Positions 9,968 through 19,545 of a stretch of DNA of 64,000 nt are shown piece after piece. The notes beneath the pieces are model-generated. The model had not been told where the DNA came from and searched no databases. It saw nothing but the letters and a program-made list of their open reading frames with translations. Position 1 is the stretch's first letter. Each line of letters opens with the position of its first letter. The stretch covers positions 1 through 64,000 of the forward strand of contig JAQBYT010000004.1 of NCBI GenBank assembly GCA_027622665.1, in the 5' to 3' direction. The translations under genes and the position numbers were made by a program. Source of the DNA: Verrucomicrobiota bacterium (GTDB lineage Bacteria > Verrucomicrobiota > Verrucomicrobiia > Opitutales > Seribacteraceae).

Positions 9968-10717
9968 ATGTCTGATAATCCTGAGATAGCCTCTTTTCTA
10001 CGAGATTGCTCATCGCCATCTCAATTTATTGCCTTGTTCGAGCATATGCCGGACATTTCCTTTTTCGTTAAAGACCTGCAGTTTCGTCTAGTTACCGCAA
10101 ATCGTTCTTTCTGGAATAGATTTGGTTTTGCCTCGGCTGCGGAATTGGTTGGCAAAGATGACTTTGAGCTTTTTCCTCCCCGTCTCGCTCAGCATTTTCG
10201 GAGAGATGACGAGGAAGTCCTTCGTACGGGAAAACCCAAGTTGCAAATTGTTGAACTTTTCTTCAATCAACGGGGTTTGCCTGATTGGTTTTGCACGAAT
10301 AAATTGCCACTCTTCAACTTCGATAAGGAAGTTATCGGAATAATCGGAACAGTTCGAAGGTATATGGAAGCGAATGTCTTGGAAGAAGGGGTGGGAGGGC
10401 TTGGAGCTATGTTATCCTATTTGCGAAAAAACTTCAGAAAACGAATAACCATTGCCGACCTGATCAAGGTTTCGGGAATGTCCCCTCGCCAACTGAATAG
10501 AAAATTCCGACAAGTTTTCCATACGACACCCCATAGATTCTTAATAAATACCCGCGTTGAAGCTGCTTGCGACTCTCTTTCGGTTAGCAACAAATCGATA
10601 GTCGAGGTTGCTTTGGAATGTGGGTTTTTCGATCAAAGTTCTTTTACTCAGCATTTCCGTACTCATACCGGTTTGACTCCTTTGCGATATCGGAAATCGC
10701 ATTTTACGGAATCTTAG
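9968..10717 (+). CDS. AraC family transcriptional regulator with N-terminal PAS domain
   Basis: FFVKD..GKDDFELFP PAS-like region; C-terminal VALECGFFDQSSFTQHFR..GLTP. Divergent from the sulfatase operon. Confidence 0.9.
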   Translation: MSDNPEIASFLRDCSSPSQFIALFEHMPDISFFVKDLQFRLVTANRSFWNRFGFASAAELVGKDDFELFPPRLAQHFRRDDEEVLRTGKPKLQIVELFFNQRGLPDWFCTNKLPLFNFDKEVIGIIGTVRRYMEANVLEEGVGGLGAMLSYLRKNFRKRITIADLIKVSGMSPRQLNRKFRQVFHTTPHRFLINTRVEAACDSLSVSNKSIVEVALECGFFDQSSFTQHFRTHTGLTPLRYRKSHFTES

Positions 10718-10738
10718 AACTCAAAAGGCCATCTATGC

Positions 10739-11842
10739 CTAAATGCCTGTGGCCAGAATCCGAACTCGCCGAATATAAACTTGAGAGTGTTCCTCTGCCA
10801 ACTGCCACCAGTATTCTTCGTCGGAAAATCCATCGGGAGCGGTGACCAAGCCATCTTCAAAACTTGAAATAGCACTTGCCCCTTGGATGGTTAGTACTCG
10901 TACCATAACATCTATTACTTCGGGGAACGCGTGGGCTAGGGGATGAGTTGCGTTACTGCGGTATGCGGGGTTGGAGGTGGCCATATATTCGTATCTTCCG
11001 GAACCTGAAGTAGCGTTAACGTCGGGAAAGATCTGCAGGAGATATTTTCTGCCCGATGAAGTCGGTTCTATGATATAGGCTCGGATGCCAAAATCGATGA
11101 TATTGGCGGCAAGAGAGAAATCTGTCGCCGGCTTGCCGGCTTCGTCCGTAAAAATAGGATTCACTACATTTCCCGGTTGTCTCCGATCGTTGGTTGAGCG
11201 TGTGGTGTAGTTTCCGTCAACCGGGTGTAAATCGTAGCCGGAATCGAAGGTGTCTTTAGCGGAAACGTCTGTTCTGAACAATTGGTAACGTGGCGATGAT
11301 TTTGGAGCGCCTGTAAGTCCATGACGAACGATTTGATAAGAGACTGCGCGTACGGACGAACTCACCGATGCGTCAGGGTCGAGTTCGGGAGACTGTGTGA
11401 AAAAGCGGAACCAAGTGCCCGCTACGCCGAAGCGACAATCTGGCAAATGTAGTTGTTTCTTCGCATCCGTGTAAGCATCGGTAGGACCACTGGCCCAATC
11501 AGCAGGAGTGAGCCGAATGGATTCGTCAGTGGGTTTTGGGCTGGAAGCTGTTTTCCACGCACCGCTCGTACTTGTGTCTTCCGGAATCGTGGCGGCCATC
11601 CACGCACCGCCATCGTTGCGGTAAAGTGCGCAGTGCAAGTCCTCTTGAATCTGGTCGAGCACAAAGTTGGCGATTTGATTGGTTTCCAAGTTGCCCGAGG
11701 TTTGTCCGTGGGTAACGACTACCTGTCTCGTAATCGTAAGTAGCATTGTTGCCAAAATTGACGTAACTGCTACTGCAACCAACAATTCCAACATGGTGAA
11801 ACCACGGTTTCGGCTTTCTAATGCTCCTGTGGAATTTTTCAT
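10739..11842 (-). CDS. Prepilin-type N-terminal cleavage/methylation protein (Verrucomicrobia pseudopilin-like)
   Basis: RGFTMLELLVAVAVTSIL type IV pilin leader. Confidence 0.8.
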   Translation of the reverse strand: MKNSTGALESRNRGFTMLELLVAVAVTSILATMLLTITRQVVVTHGQTSGNLETNQIANFVLDQIQEDLHCALYRNDGGAWMAATIPEDTSTSGAWKTASSPKPTDESIRLTPADWASGPTDAYTDAKKQLHLPDCRFGVAGTWFRFFTQSPELDPDASVSSSVRAVSYQIVRHGLTGAPKSSPRYQLFRTDVSAKDTFDSGYDLHPVDGNYTTRSTNDRRQPGNVVNPIFTDEAGKPATDFSLAANIIDFGIRAYIIEPTSSGRKYLLQIFPDVNATSGSGRYEYMATSNPAYRSNATHPLAHAFPEVIDVMVRVLTIQGASAISSFEDGLVTAPDGFSDEEYWWQLAEEHSQVYIRRVRILATGI

Positions 11843-11902
11843 CAAATGGAAAAAGATAATCTCACGGTATTCCAGCCTTTTGCAAGATGTAATCCTCGTC
11901 AG

Positions 11903-12805
11903 TTATTTGGGCAATATCCCCATGGGTTCACCCATTCTAGCATACAATTCTCTGTTTTGGGCGGAATGTTCAAGTAAATCCTCCGCCAAGAGAATTCTAT
12001 TGGGCTCAAAAAGAGTGAGTACGGAAGATCCCCCGAAAGAGAAGAACCCTTTTTCATCACCTTTCTCCACAAAACCCGGCAGGGATTCCCCATAGGTCAT
12101 CGAACCCACGCAAGTTGCACCAACTTCGAAACTTGCTATTCGGCCAAATCCATCAGTTTCGAGATACGAAAGGTTGCGCTTGTTTTGCCAAAAGATCGAC
12201 AGGTCTCTTCTTAGGGCAATTGGGTTTACGGAACTCAGACCTCCATTGATGAGTGTGGGTGCGGATGCTTTCCCCGCCAAAGGGTAGTGGAAACGGTGAT
12301 AATCCACTGGGCATAGTCGGGAAATTATTAGAGTGCCCTGCTCAAAAGGCGCAGCGGTTTCCTCGGAACCAAACAGACTTTTTAGGTCGAAACTTTGCCC
12401 TTTAACGAAAACACCCTCTAGATCGGACAAGTCTTGGAAACCCATGTGACGACCGTCGGCGGGGAAAATGGCGACGTCGTCAGCTTGAGAGATCGGGCGA
12501 GCCGATGGTTTTAAGCGTCTAACGAAAAAATCATTGAACGAGGGAAAAGAGTCTTCATTTTCCGCAAATTCACTAACATCCAAGCCGTACTTGGAGATGA
12601 ATCCTGGTATCAACTGTCTACTTTTAGGCTTGCCCATCCGATAACCGTACCAGCGGGAGAACCAAGACCTTTTTACGGCGAGCCAAAGGATCAAACGCCC
12701 AAATGGGCTACCGTATATCCTGTGCAACCACTTTTCGCCATAAACTTGCTCGATCAGTTTTTGCTTCGAGTGACGGTCAAAGTATTCGATCGGATCTTCG
12801 CTCAT
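11903..12805 (-). CDS. psd: Phosphatidylserine decarboxylase
   Basis: SFNDFFVRRLK, PADGR, RLCPVDYHRFH, GATCVGS, FGGSS self-cleavage motif. Confidence 0.92.
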   Translation of the reverse strand: MSEDPIEYFDRHSKQKLIEQVYGEKWLHRIYGSPFGRLILWLAVKRSWFSRWYGYRMGKPKSRQLIPGFISKYGLDVSEFAENEDSFPSFNDFFVRRLKPSARPISQADDVAIFPADGRHMGFQDLSDLEGVFVKGQSFDLKSLFGSEETAAPFEQGTLIISRLCPVDYHRFHYPLAGKASAPTLINGGLSSVNPIALRRDLSIFWQNKRNLSYLETDGFGRIASFEVGATCVGSMTYGESLPGFVEKGDEKGFFSFGGSSVLTLFEPNRILLAEDLLEHSAQNRELYARMGEPMGILPK

Positions 12806-13005
12806 AATTCTGCGTTAACCAGGCGTATTTGTTCTTTCATCACATTTATCGTTTCCGGAAAGAGTGTTCCTATCTTGAAGCTAACAAAAAGCCCACTACC
12901 AATGTTTCTACTTTGATTTCCCGCGGGGCGTTGAGCTGATTATTGTTGAACAAAGAGGGAAACTCTTGACTCGCTCTTTGGGTAAGGCATCCAAAGAGTA
13001 GTTCA

Positions 13006-14400
13006 ATGACGATCCCATCGCAGTTTTCACTCCCGGCTTTACTGCATCCGCCGCCGCTCGATTCGTCGTTTCAACCTGCCGCTGTATGGAATCGCTCCTA
13101 TGCTCAATTGGTTCGAGCTACTGAATCCCCTGTGTCCATTGATTTTGCATTGGAGCAGGGGAACGGCTCACTTTTGAGGCATGCCGCCGAGGTGCTTCCC
13201 GAACGGCATCCACAAGCATTTTTGAACTTTCGTTACACGGAACGTCTTTTGAAATTCCTGCTCTGGTCGAGAGGTGGAGCCCGAGTTTACTTCGACGGTC
13301 CTGTGGGGCTTGGGGAAGCTTTGAAGAAGCATTTTTCGGATACGCCAACTGGTCGTTTCGATGCTGATTTCATGTCTCGGGTGTATGGAAATCCCTTTGA
13401 GGTAGTACTGACTCCCGATCTACCATCGGAGCAAAGCTCGGCCCAAAAACTCGGTCGTAATCTCGATGGTTGCCGAATCGGTTTTGATCTTGGAGGAAGT
13501 GACCGAAAGGTAGCTGCCGTAGTCGATGGGAAAGTTATATTCAGTGATGAAACGAAATGGAACCCCTACCATAAGGAAGACCCCAAATACCATCGCGACG
13601 GGATAATGGATTCTTTGAGCAAGGCCTCCAATCATTTGCCAAGAGTTGATGCCATTGGCGGGAGCTCCGCTGGAGTATACATAAACAACCAGCCAAGGGT
13701 AGCATCCCTTTTTCGCGGCGTGCCGGAACCTCTCTTCGATTCACAAGTGAAACCGCTTTTCCATGATCTTGCTCGCGAATGGGCTGTCCCGCTCGAAGTC
13801 ATCAACGACGGAGACGTAACCGCTCTTGCTGGTTCCATGACACTTGGGGAAAATGCCGTTCTCGGACTGGCCATGGGCACCAGTGAGGCTGCGGGGTATG
13901 TTAATTCTGAGGGGAACGTGACTACTTGGTTAAACGAATTGGCCTTTGCTCCCGTCGACTACGCCGAAACTGCTCCTGCCGATGAATGGAGCGGGGATCG
14001 CGGTTGCGGCGTACAATATTTTTCTCAGCAGGCCGTGGGCCGACTATTGGATCCTTCCGGTATTGAATTGCCATCGGATTTATCTCTTCCCGAAAAGCTG
14101 GTTGAGGTTCAAAACCTAATGGCAATCGATGATCCTAGGGCACGCAGGATTTACGAAACGATCGGCTCGTATTTAGGCTATGGGGTGGCCCATTATGCAG
14201 ACTACTACAATCTTCGACACTTATTGATTCTTGGTCGGGTGACAAGTGGAGAGGGCGGCGAAATTATTCTGTCGAAAGCTCGCAAAACTCTCGTCGAGGA
14301 ATTCCCCGAAGTGGCAGAAAAGATTGCTTTCCACATGCCGGGAGAGAAAGACAAACGTCACGGGCAAGCCATTGCCGCCGCTAGTCTGCCAAGTCTTTAA
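13006..14400 (+). CDS. ROK family sugar kinase-like protein with N-terminal extension
   Basis: IGFDLGGSDRK, NDGDVTALAG, GLAMGTSEAAG, NELAF. Confidence 0.8.
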   Translation: MTIPSQFSLPALLHPPPLDSSFQPAAVWNRSYAQLVRATESPVSIDFALEQGNGSLLRHAAEVLPERHPQAFLNFRYTERLLKFLLWSRGGARVYFDGPVGLGEALKKHFSDTPTGRFDADFMSRVYGNPFEVVLTPDLPSEQSSAQKLGRNLDGCRIGFDLGGSDRKVAAVVDGKVIFSDETKWNPYHKEDPKYHRDGIMDSLSKASNHLPRVDAIGGSSAGVYINNQPRVASLFRGVPEPLFDSQVKPLFHDLAREWAVPLEVINDGDVTALAGSMTLGENAVLGLAMGTSEAAGYVNSEGNVTTWLNELAFAPVDYAETAPADEWSGDRGCGVQYFSQQAVGRLLDPSGIELPSDLSLPEKLVEVQNLMAIDDPRARRIYETIGSYLGYGVAHYADYYNLRHLLILGRVTSGEGGEIILSKARKTLVEEFPEVAEKIAFHMPGEKDKRHGQAIAAASLPSL

Positions 14401-14411
14401 CCCAACCCAAT

Positions 14412-15290
14412 ATGTCCCAAAACCCTTACCTTTCATTCGCCTCGTCTTTTCGGCAACTCGTGGAAAAAGGGGTTGATCTACCACTTGGCGGGATAAAGAA
14501 ACCGCCTCGTTCGAAGCTAGCGGAAAATGCCCCCGTCGTACTTGTTTTCTCCCCACATCCCGACGACGAATGCATCATCGGGGGCCTTCCGCTTCGCTTA
14601 ATGCGAGAAGCAGGCACTCGGGTCGTTAACGTAGCCGTCACTCTTGGTAGTAATAAGAAACGGCAACAACCCCGTCTTGCCGAACTAAGGAATGCCTGCG
14701 ATTATCTCGGCTTTGATCTTCAGGAAACATCTCCAAATGGACTTGAACGCATCACTCCTCTCGCCCGCAAGAACGAACCCGAACATTGGACTACCGCTGT
14801 CGAGAGCATCAAAGCCATCTTCTCGGAATGGTCTCCCAAAGCCATTTTCTTTCCTCACATTCTTGACTGGAACGGCACTCACGTGGGAGTACACCATCTC
14901 GTGATGGATGCCCTTGCCGCGTTGCCTTCCCATTCCCTTCCGCTACTTGTTGAAACCGAGTACTGGGGGCAGATGCATTCTCCCAATCTTATGGCGGAAT
15001 CCTCCGAAGCCGATCTTGCAGACCTACTGGCCGCACTATCTCATCACGTCGGAGAGGTCCGGCGAAATCCTTTCCATCTTCGCATGCCTGCGTGGATGCA
15101 AGATAACGTTAGGCTTGGAGCCGAAGTTGTGGGAGGCCAAGGCGGCGAAGCTCCATCTTTTGATTTCGCTACACTCTACAGGGTCGGATGGTTTCTCGAC
15201 GGTATCTTTGAGCCTGCTTGGAGTGGTGGCAAAATGCTTGCCAAGGATGCCCCCCCCGCCTCACTCTTCGACTTTCTCGAGGTGTGCTGA
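14412..15290 (+). CDS. PIG-L family deacetylase
   Basis: VLVFSPHPDDECIIGG zinc motif; D..THVGVH. Confidence 0.85.
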   Translation: MSQNPYLSFASSFRQLVEKGVDLPLGGIKKPPRSKLAENAPVVLVFSPHPDDECIIGGLPLRLMREAGTRVVNVAVTLGSNKKRQQPRLAELRNACDYLGFDLQETSPNGLERITPLARKNEPEHWTTAVESIKAIFSEWSPKAIFFPHILDWNGTHVGVHHLVMDALAALPSHSLPLLVETEYWGQMHSPNLMAESSEADLADLLAALSHHVGEVRRNPFHLRMPAWMQDNVRLGAEVVGGQGGEAPSFDFATLYRVGWFLDGIFEPAWSGGKMLAKDAPPASLFDFLEVC

Positions 15291-15458
15291 ATTTGTGATT
15301 ATCCTTATCGTGAGGGGAGTTTAGGCTAAATGTAAAAGACTCCGTCATGATTTTTTCCCGAGTTGTCTCTGCCGTACTATTGAACAGAGCTAAAGAGATA
15401 AAAAAGCCTATTTTTAGTGTAAGATGACGAAAAAAAGCATTCCTTTGATCGGTTGCGC

Positions 15459-15486
15459 TTGAATTCTCGAACTGTCTGTCTACGAT
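15459..15486 (+). promoter_or_regulatory. Putative sigma-70 promoter of purC-purE
   Basis: TTGAAT-N16-TACGAT shortly upstream of the purC ATG. Confidence 0.35.
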
Positions 15487-15501
15487 TATTTAACTTTTCT
15501 A

Positions 15502-16497
15502 ATGAGTGAAATAGAGATAATTCAAACCAAAGTAGATTACACTGAACGCATCTTGGCTGAGATCGAGAACTGCCTTACTGCAACCGATTTAGGAAAGGGT
15601 GAGAAATACCAAGGCAAAGTCCGAGATCGATACGATTTAGGAGACGAGCTCCTTCTCGTCACTACCGATCGTCAAAGTGCTTTTGATCGCGTCCTTGCCT
15701 CCATACCATTTAAGGGTCAAGTGCTGAACCTTACTGGTGCCTGGTGGTTTGAGCACACTAAGGACATAGTGGCTAACCATGTATTGGGAATTCCCGACCC
15801 CAATGTCACTGCGGCAAAGAAGTGTGAGGTTTTTCCGATCGAGTTTGTCGTCCGTGGATTCATCACCGGAAGTTCGGCCACTTCGCTCTGGACCGTCTAT
15901 AATAATGGGGATCGAGAATATTGTGGACTATCTTTCCCCGATGGCTTGCAGAAGAACCAACGCCTTGACACCACCGTCCTTACTCCAACGACCAAGGAGG
16001 AGGCTCATGATCGGCCGATTTCCCCTGCGGCCATCGTGGAGGAAGGTTGGATGACTCAAGAGGATTGGGATGCGGCCTCACAGGTGGCCCTTGATTTGTT
16101 CAAGCGCGGCCAAGAGACAGCCTCTCGAAACGGTCTTATTTTGGTCGATACTAAATATGAGATGGGGAAGGACTCCAACGGCGCCCTCACTCTAGTTGAT
16201 GAAATCCACACGCCCGATTCCAGTCGCTACTGGATAGAAGAGACCTTCGAAGAACGTTTTGAAGCCGGGCAAGAACCTCAAAACGTGGACAAAGAGTTTC
16301 TCCGCCTTTGGTTCAAAGACAACTGCGATCCCTACGGCGACGAAGTCCTTCCTGCAGCCCCGAGGGATCTTGTCGTTGAGCTCTCTCGTCGTTATCTCTA
16401 CCTTTACGAAAGAATTACGGGAGAGCCTTTTCCTTTTCCTGTGACGGGAGAACCCGTACAAACACGCATGGAGAAGAATCTTTCCGCCTATCTCTAA
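15502..16497 (+). CDS. purC: Phosphoribosylaminoimidazole-succinocarboxamide (SAICAR) synthase
   Basis: YQGKVRD, TTDRQSAFD, PFKGQVLN, TPTTK, LILVDTKYEMG, DEIHTPDSSRYW, DKEFLR. Confidence 0.95.
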   Translation: MSEIEIIQTKVDYTERILAEIENCLTATDLGKGEKYQGKVRDRYDLGDELLLVTTDRQSAFDRVLASIPFKGQVLNLTGAWWFEHTKDIVANHVLGIPDPNVTAAKKCEVFPIEFVVRGFITGSSATSLWTVYNNGDREYCGLSFPDGLQKNQRLDTTVLTPTTKEEAHDRPISPAAIVEEGWMTQEDWDAASQVALDLFKRGQETASRNGLILVDTKYEMGKDSNGALTLVDEIHTPDSSRYWIEETFEERFEAGQEPQNVDKEFLRLWFKDNCDPYGDEVLPAAPRDLVVELSRRYLYLYERITGEPFPFPVTGEPVQTRMEKNLSAYL

Positions 16498-16524
16498 TAA
16501 CTGTGAAAATTTAACAATAGACCC

Positions 16525-16911
16525 ATGAAAGTCGTACTTATTCTCGGTTCCACTTCAGACGAAGGACATGCTCAAAAGATAACTGCTTCCCTTGATGAAT
16601 TTGGGATTGCTTGGGACCAACACGTTGCCTCCGCTCACAAGCAACCTCTGAAAGTGCTCGAAATCCTAGATTCCAACGCCGGCGAGGAGTCTATCGTTTA
16701 CGTTACAATAGCAGGTCGTTCGAATGCCTTGTCCGGGTTTGTCGCCGCCAATTCGGAATTCCCCACAATCGGTTGCCCTCCCTTCAGCGATAAGGTGGAT
16801 ATGCTGGTAAATATTCACTCCACCTTGCAAATGCCCAGTAACACCCCAGTGTTAACCGTCTTGGACCCTGGAAACTGCGCCCTTGCGATCAAGAGGATTT
16901 TCGGGAAATAG
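16525..16911 (+). CDS. purE: AIR carboxylase PurE, class II-like
   Basis: ILGSTSD, VASAHK, IAGRSNALSG, IGCPP, STLQMPS; directly after purC. Confidence 0.88.
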   Translation: MKVVLILGSTSDEGHAQKITASLDEFGIAWDQHVASAHKQPLKVLEILDSNAGEESIVYVTIAGRSNALSGFVAANSEFPTIGCPPFSDKVDMLVNIHSTLQMPSNTPVLTVLDPGNCALAIKRIFGK

Positions 16912-16922
16912 ATTAATCGGAA

Positions 16923-17534
16923 TCAATCCCCCAGTTTGCCTATAGCCTCCATGATGGCATCGGCAACTATTTGGGACCTTTTTGCCGTTTTGGGTCCGGG
17001 ATCAAGAGTTTCGATTTGTAGCAAAGGACCGTAAACGATTGTCAATCGGCTACCGATCTTTGGCCACTTGCAACCTTTGCCAAGTATCTCAAAACCGCCA
17101 ATAACGCGTGCGGGCAATACGGGAACGCGTGCCTTGATTGCAATTAAGCCGACTCCAGCTTTAGCTGCCTGTAAGGAACCGTCGAGGCTTCTTGTCCCCT
17201 CGGGGAAGACAAGCAATGGTGACCCCTTGTCGAGCACCTTCAAGGCTTTCTTGAAGGACGAGACATCAGCACTTCCTCGGTCAACGGGGATGGAGTTAAA
17301 GGCTGTTATCAGTTTTCCCAACAACCCCTTGAATAGAGATTTTCTGGCAAAATAGTGAAGGTCTCGAGGTACTCGGCAACCTAATGCAGGTGGATCAAGA
17401 AAGCTGACGTGATTGGAAGCCAGCAGAAAGGCACCATCGCTCGGCACATGTTCCAATCCCGAAACGCGAAAGCGGTGGAAGATTTTGAAATAGAGAAAGG
17501 AGATCGTTTGGGCGCAACGATATAGAAAAGTCAT
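16923..17534 (-). CDS. plsC: 1-acyl-sn-glycerol-3-phosphate acyltransferase
   Basis: NHVSFLD (HX4D) and FPEGTRS motifs. Confidence 0.9.
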   Translation of the reverse strand: MTFLYRCAQTISFLYFKIFHRFRVSGLEHVPSDGAFLLASNHVSFLDPPALGCRVPRDLHYFARKSLFKGLLGKLITAFNSIPVDRGSADVSSFKKALKVLDKGSPLLVFPEGTRSLDGSLQAAKAGVGLIAIKARVPVLPARVIGGFEILGKGCKWPKIGSRLTIVYGPLLQIETLDPGPKTAKRSQIVADAIMEAIGKLGD

Positions 17535-18193
17535 GACCTAGCCTTCTCCGCCAACTCCAGCACCATGCTGACAACTTGATCGATGGAATGGCTACCTGTA
17601 TCGATGACGAGTGCCCCATCGGGGCAGGCTAGGGGAGCGTTCTTGCGAGTGGTGTCCATTTTGTCGCGAAGTGAAATGGAATCGGTTTGCCCCTCGGCTT
17701 CCCTGCGTCTCTTACGTTCTCTTTCGTCGGCTTGAAGAAAAACCTTTACTTGGGCATGAGGATATATGATCGAACCTATGTCGCGTCCCTCCATTACCAA
17801 ACCGGAGAAACCTGCCGATTCGGCAACTTCCGCGAGTGATTGTTGGTAACCGAGAAGTTTTTCACGAACATCCGGTCGGGCGGCGAAGAAAGATACCTTT
17901 TCGTTGATTAGATCGGAGCGGAGCTCATTCGGGTCGGGCACCTTTCCATCCAAGCGAATTCGACCTTGGTTGCCTGTTATCTCTGTATCCAGAGTCAATG
18001 CCCCAAGAACTTCTCCCAATCCTTCGTCATCGGGGGACACCTTCTTCTTCAGCAATTTCAGGCAAAGGGCTCGATAGTGCGAACCTGTATCGACATGCAT
18101 AAGGCTCATTGCTTGAGCCAGTGTCTTTGCGGTTGTGGATTTGCCCGATGCGGCTCCGCCATCGATTGCTAAAACAATGAATTTTTCTTTCAT
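17531..18193 (-). CDS. cmk: Cytidylate kinase
   Basis: LAIDGGAASGKST, DTGSHYR, VMEGRDIG. The start overlaps the aroA stop. Confidence 0.92.
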   Translation of the reverse strand: MKEKFIVLAIDGGAASGKSTTAKTLAQAMSLMHVDTGSHYRALCLKLLKKKVSPDDEGLGEVLGALTLDTEITGNQGRIRLDGKVPDPNELRSDLINEKVSFFAARPDVREKLLGYQQSLAEVAESAGFSGLVMEGRDIGSIIYPHAQVKVFLQADERERKRRREAEGQTDSISLRDKMDTTRKNAPLACPDGALVIDTGSHSIDQVVSMVLELAEKARS

Positions 18194-19545
18194 TGCGGGG
18201 CAAGGGAGACTAGGCGAATTCGTTCCAATTCCTCGAAGAAGTTTGGAAAGGTTTTTGCACAACACATTGGATCTCGTACGGTTAACCATGGTTGACCATT
18301 TCCTCGAACATCGGCCGAGCCTAGAATCCCAAAGCTCATGGCGACTCTATGATCATGGTAAGTGTCTATACAAACTCCTTCCAACGCTTTCCGTCGAAGG
18401 TTTTCAAGACTCGGGGTAATGGTTATTGAATCATCGTCTTCCAATACTTCTTGACCGAGTTTTCGCATTTCATTGGCCATCGCAGAAACGCGGTCCGTTT
18501 CTTGTTTTCGCGTATGTGCAATTCCTGAAATTGTGGTATTCCCCTCAAGAAGTGGAGCAAGTGCGGCAAGGGTTAAAAAAGTGTCTGATATATCGTTGAA
18601 ATCGAAGTGCTTCCCTTCCAATTCACTCCGTGCTTCGGTGTACGCTCCTTCACTAGTGAAGTCGGCGTGAATACCTGTTTCCTTAAGCACTTCGATAAAT
18701 CCGACGTCACCTTGAATGGAGTCTTTTTTGAATCCTTTTAAACTACAGTTCCCTCCCGTCGCTATGGGAAGAGCTAGAAAATAGCTTGCGGCAGTTGCAT
18801 CAGGTTCGACCTGATAATTATCACTGCTCGAAGAGTACCCCTTGTTGGAAATTGTTTTGTAATTGTCGCCTTTAATAGTAAATGCTGCATTTCCACCCGA
18901 AAAATGATCGCACATATTTAAGGTCATTTCAACGAAAGGTTTGGAGACGGTTTTGTTTTGAAGGACTACCTCGACTGTTGCCTCGGCTAAAGGTGCAACC
19001 ATAAGCATAGCAGAAAGAATCTGACTGCTTGCAGTTGCATCAACCACCCATGTCCCCTCCTTGATTCCTTGAGTTTCGATTGCGAAAGGAAAATGTCCGT
19101 CCTTTTTTTCAAATGTGAAGCGTGCTCCTAGCTGTTTAAGGCTATCGATTAATCCTTGCATCGGACGCTCTCTCATGGCCTCTGTTCCGTCTAGACGATA
19201 TTTCCCACCCCGATGAAGGCAAAGGGCAGCAGTTAAGAAGCGAGCAACCGTGCCTGCATTGCCCACGAATAGATCACCCGAATGGTTGGGAATCCTTCCC
19301 GATTCTCCTTTCACAGTGATTTGGGCAGTTTGTTTATCGGTATTTACGGTGAAGCCTAGGCAGGTTAGAGCCTCAACCATGATCACTACATCATCGCTGA
19401 AAAGTGCGCCAGTTAGAGTAACTTTTCGATTGCTTAGGGCGGCAAGGAGCAGGGCTCGGTTTGTAATGCTTTTTGAACCCGGTACCTTTGCAACACCTCT
19501 GCAAGGGGAGGTGAAGGGCGTGATGGAAATGGATTCGCTCATCAA
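18190..19545 (-). CDS. aroA: 3-phosphoshikimate 1-carboxyvinyltransferase
   Basis: PGSKSITNR, GNAGTVARF, SSQILSA, RKQETDR, YHDHRVAM, KTFP. Confidence 0.96.
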   Translation of the reverse strand: MMSESISITPFTSPCRGVAKVPGSKSITNRALLLAALSNRKVTLTGALFSDDVVIMVEALTCLGFTVNTDKQTAQITVKGESGRIPNHSGDLFVGNAGTVARFLTAALCLHRGGKYRLDGTEAMRERPMQGLIDSLKQLGARFTFEKKDGHFPFAIETQGIKEGTWVVDATASSQILSAMLMVAPLAEATVEVVLQNKTVSKPFVEMTLNMCDHFSGGNAAFTIKGDNYKTISNKGYSSSSDNYQVEPDATAASYFLALPIATGGNCSLKGFKKDSIQGDVGFIEVLKETGIHADFTSEGAYTEARSELEGKHFDFNDISDTFLTLAALAPLLEGNTTISGIAHTRKQETDRVSAMANEMRKLGQEVLEDDDSITITPSLENLRRKALEGVCIDTYHDHRVAMSFGILGSADVRGNGQPWLTVRDPMCCAKTFPNFFEELERIRLVSLAPQ

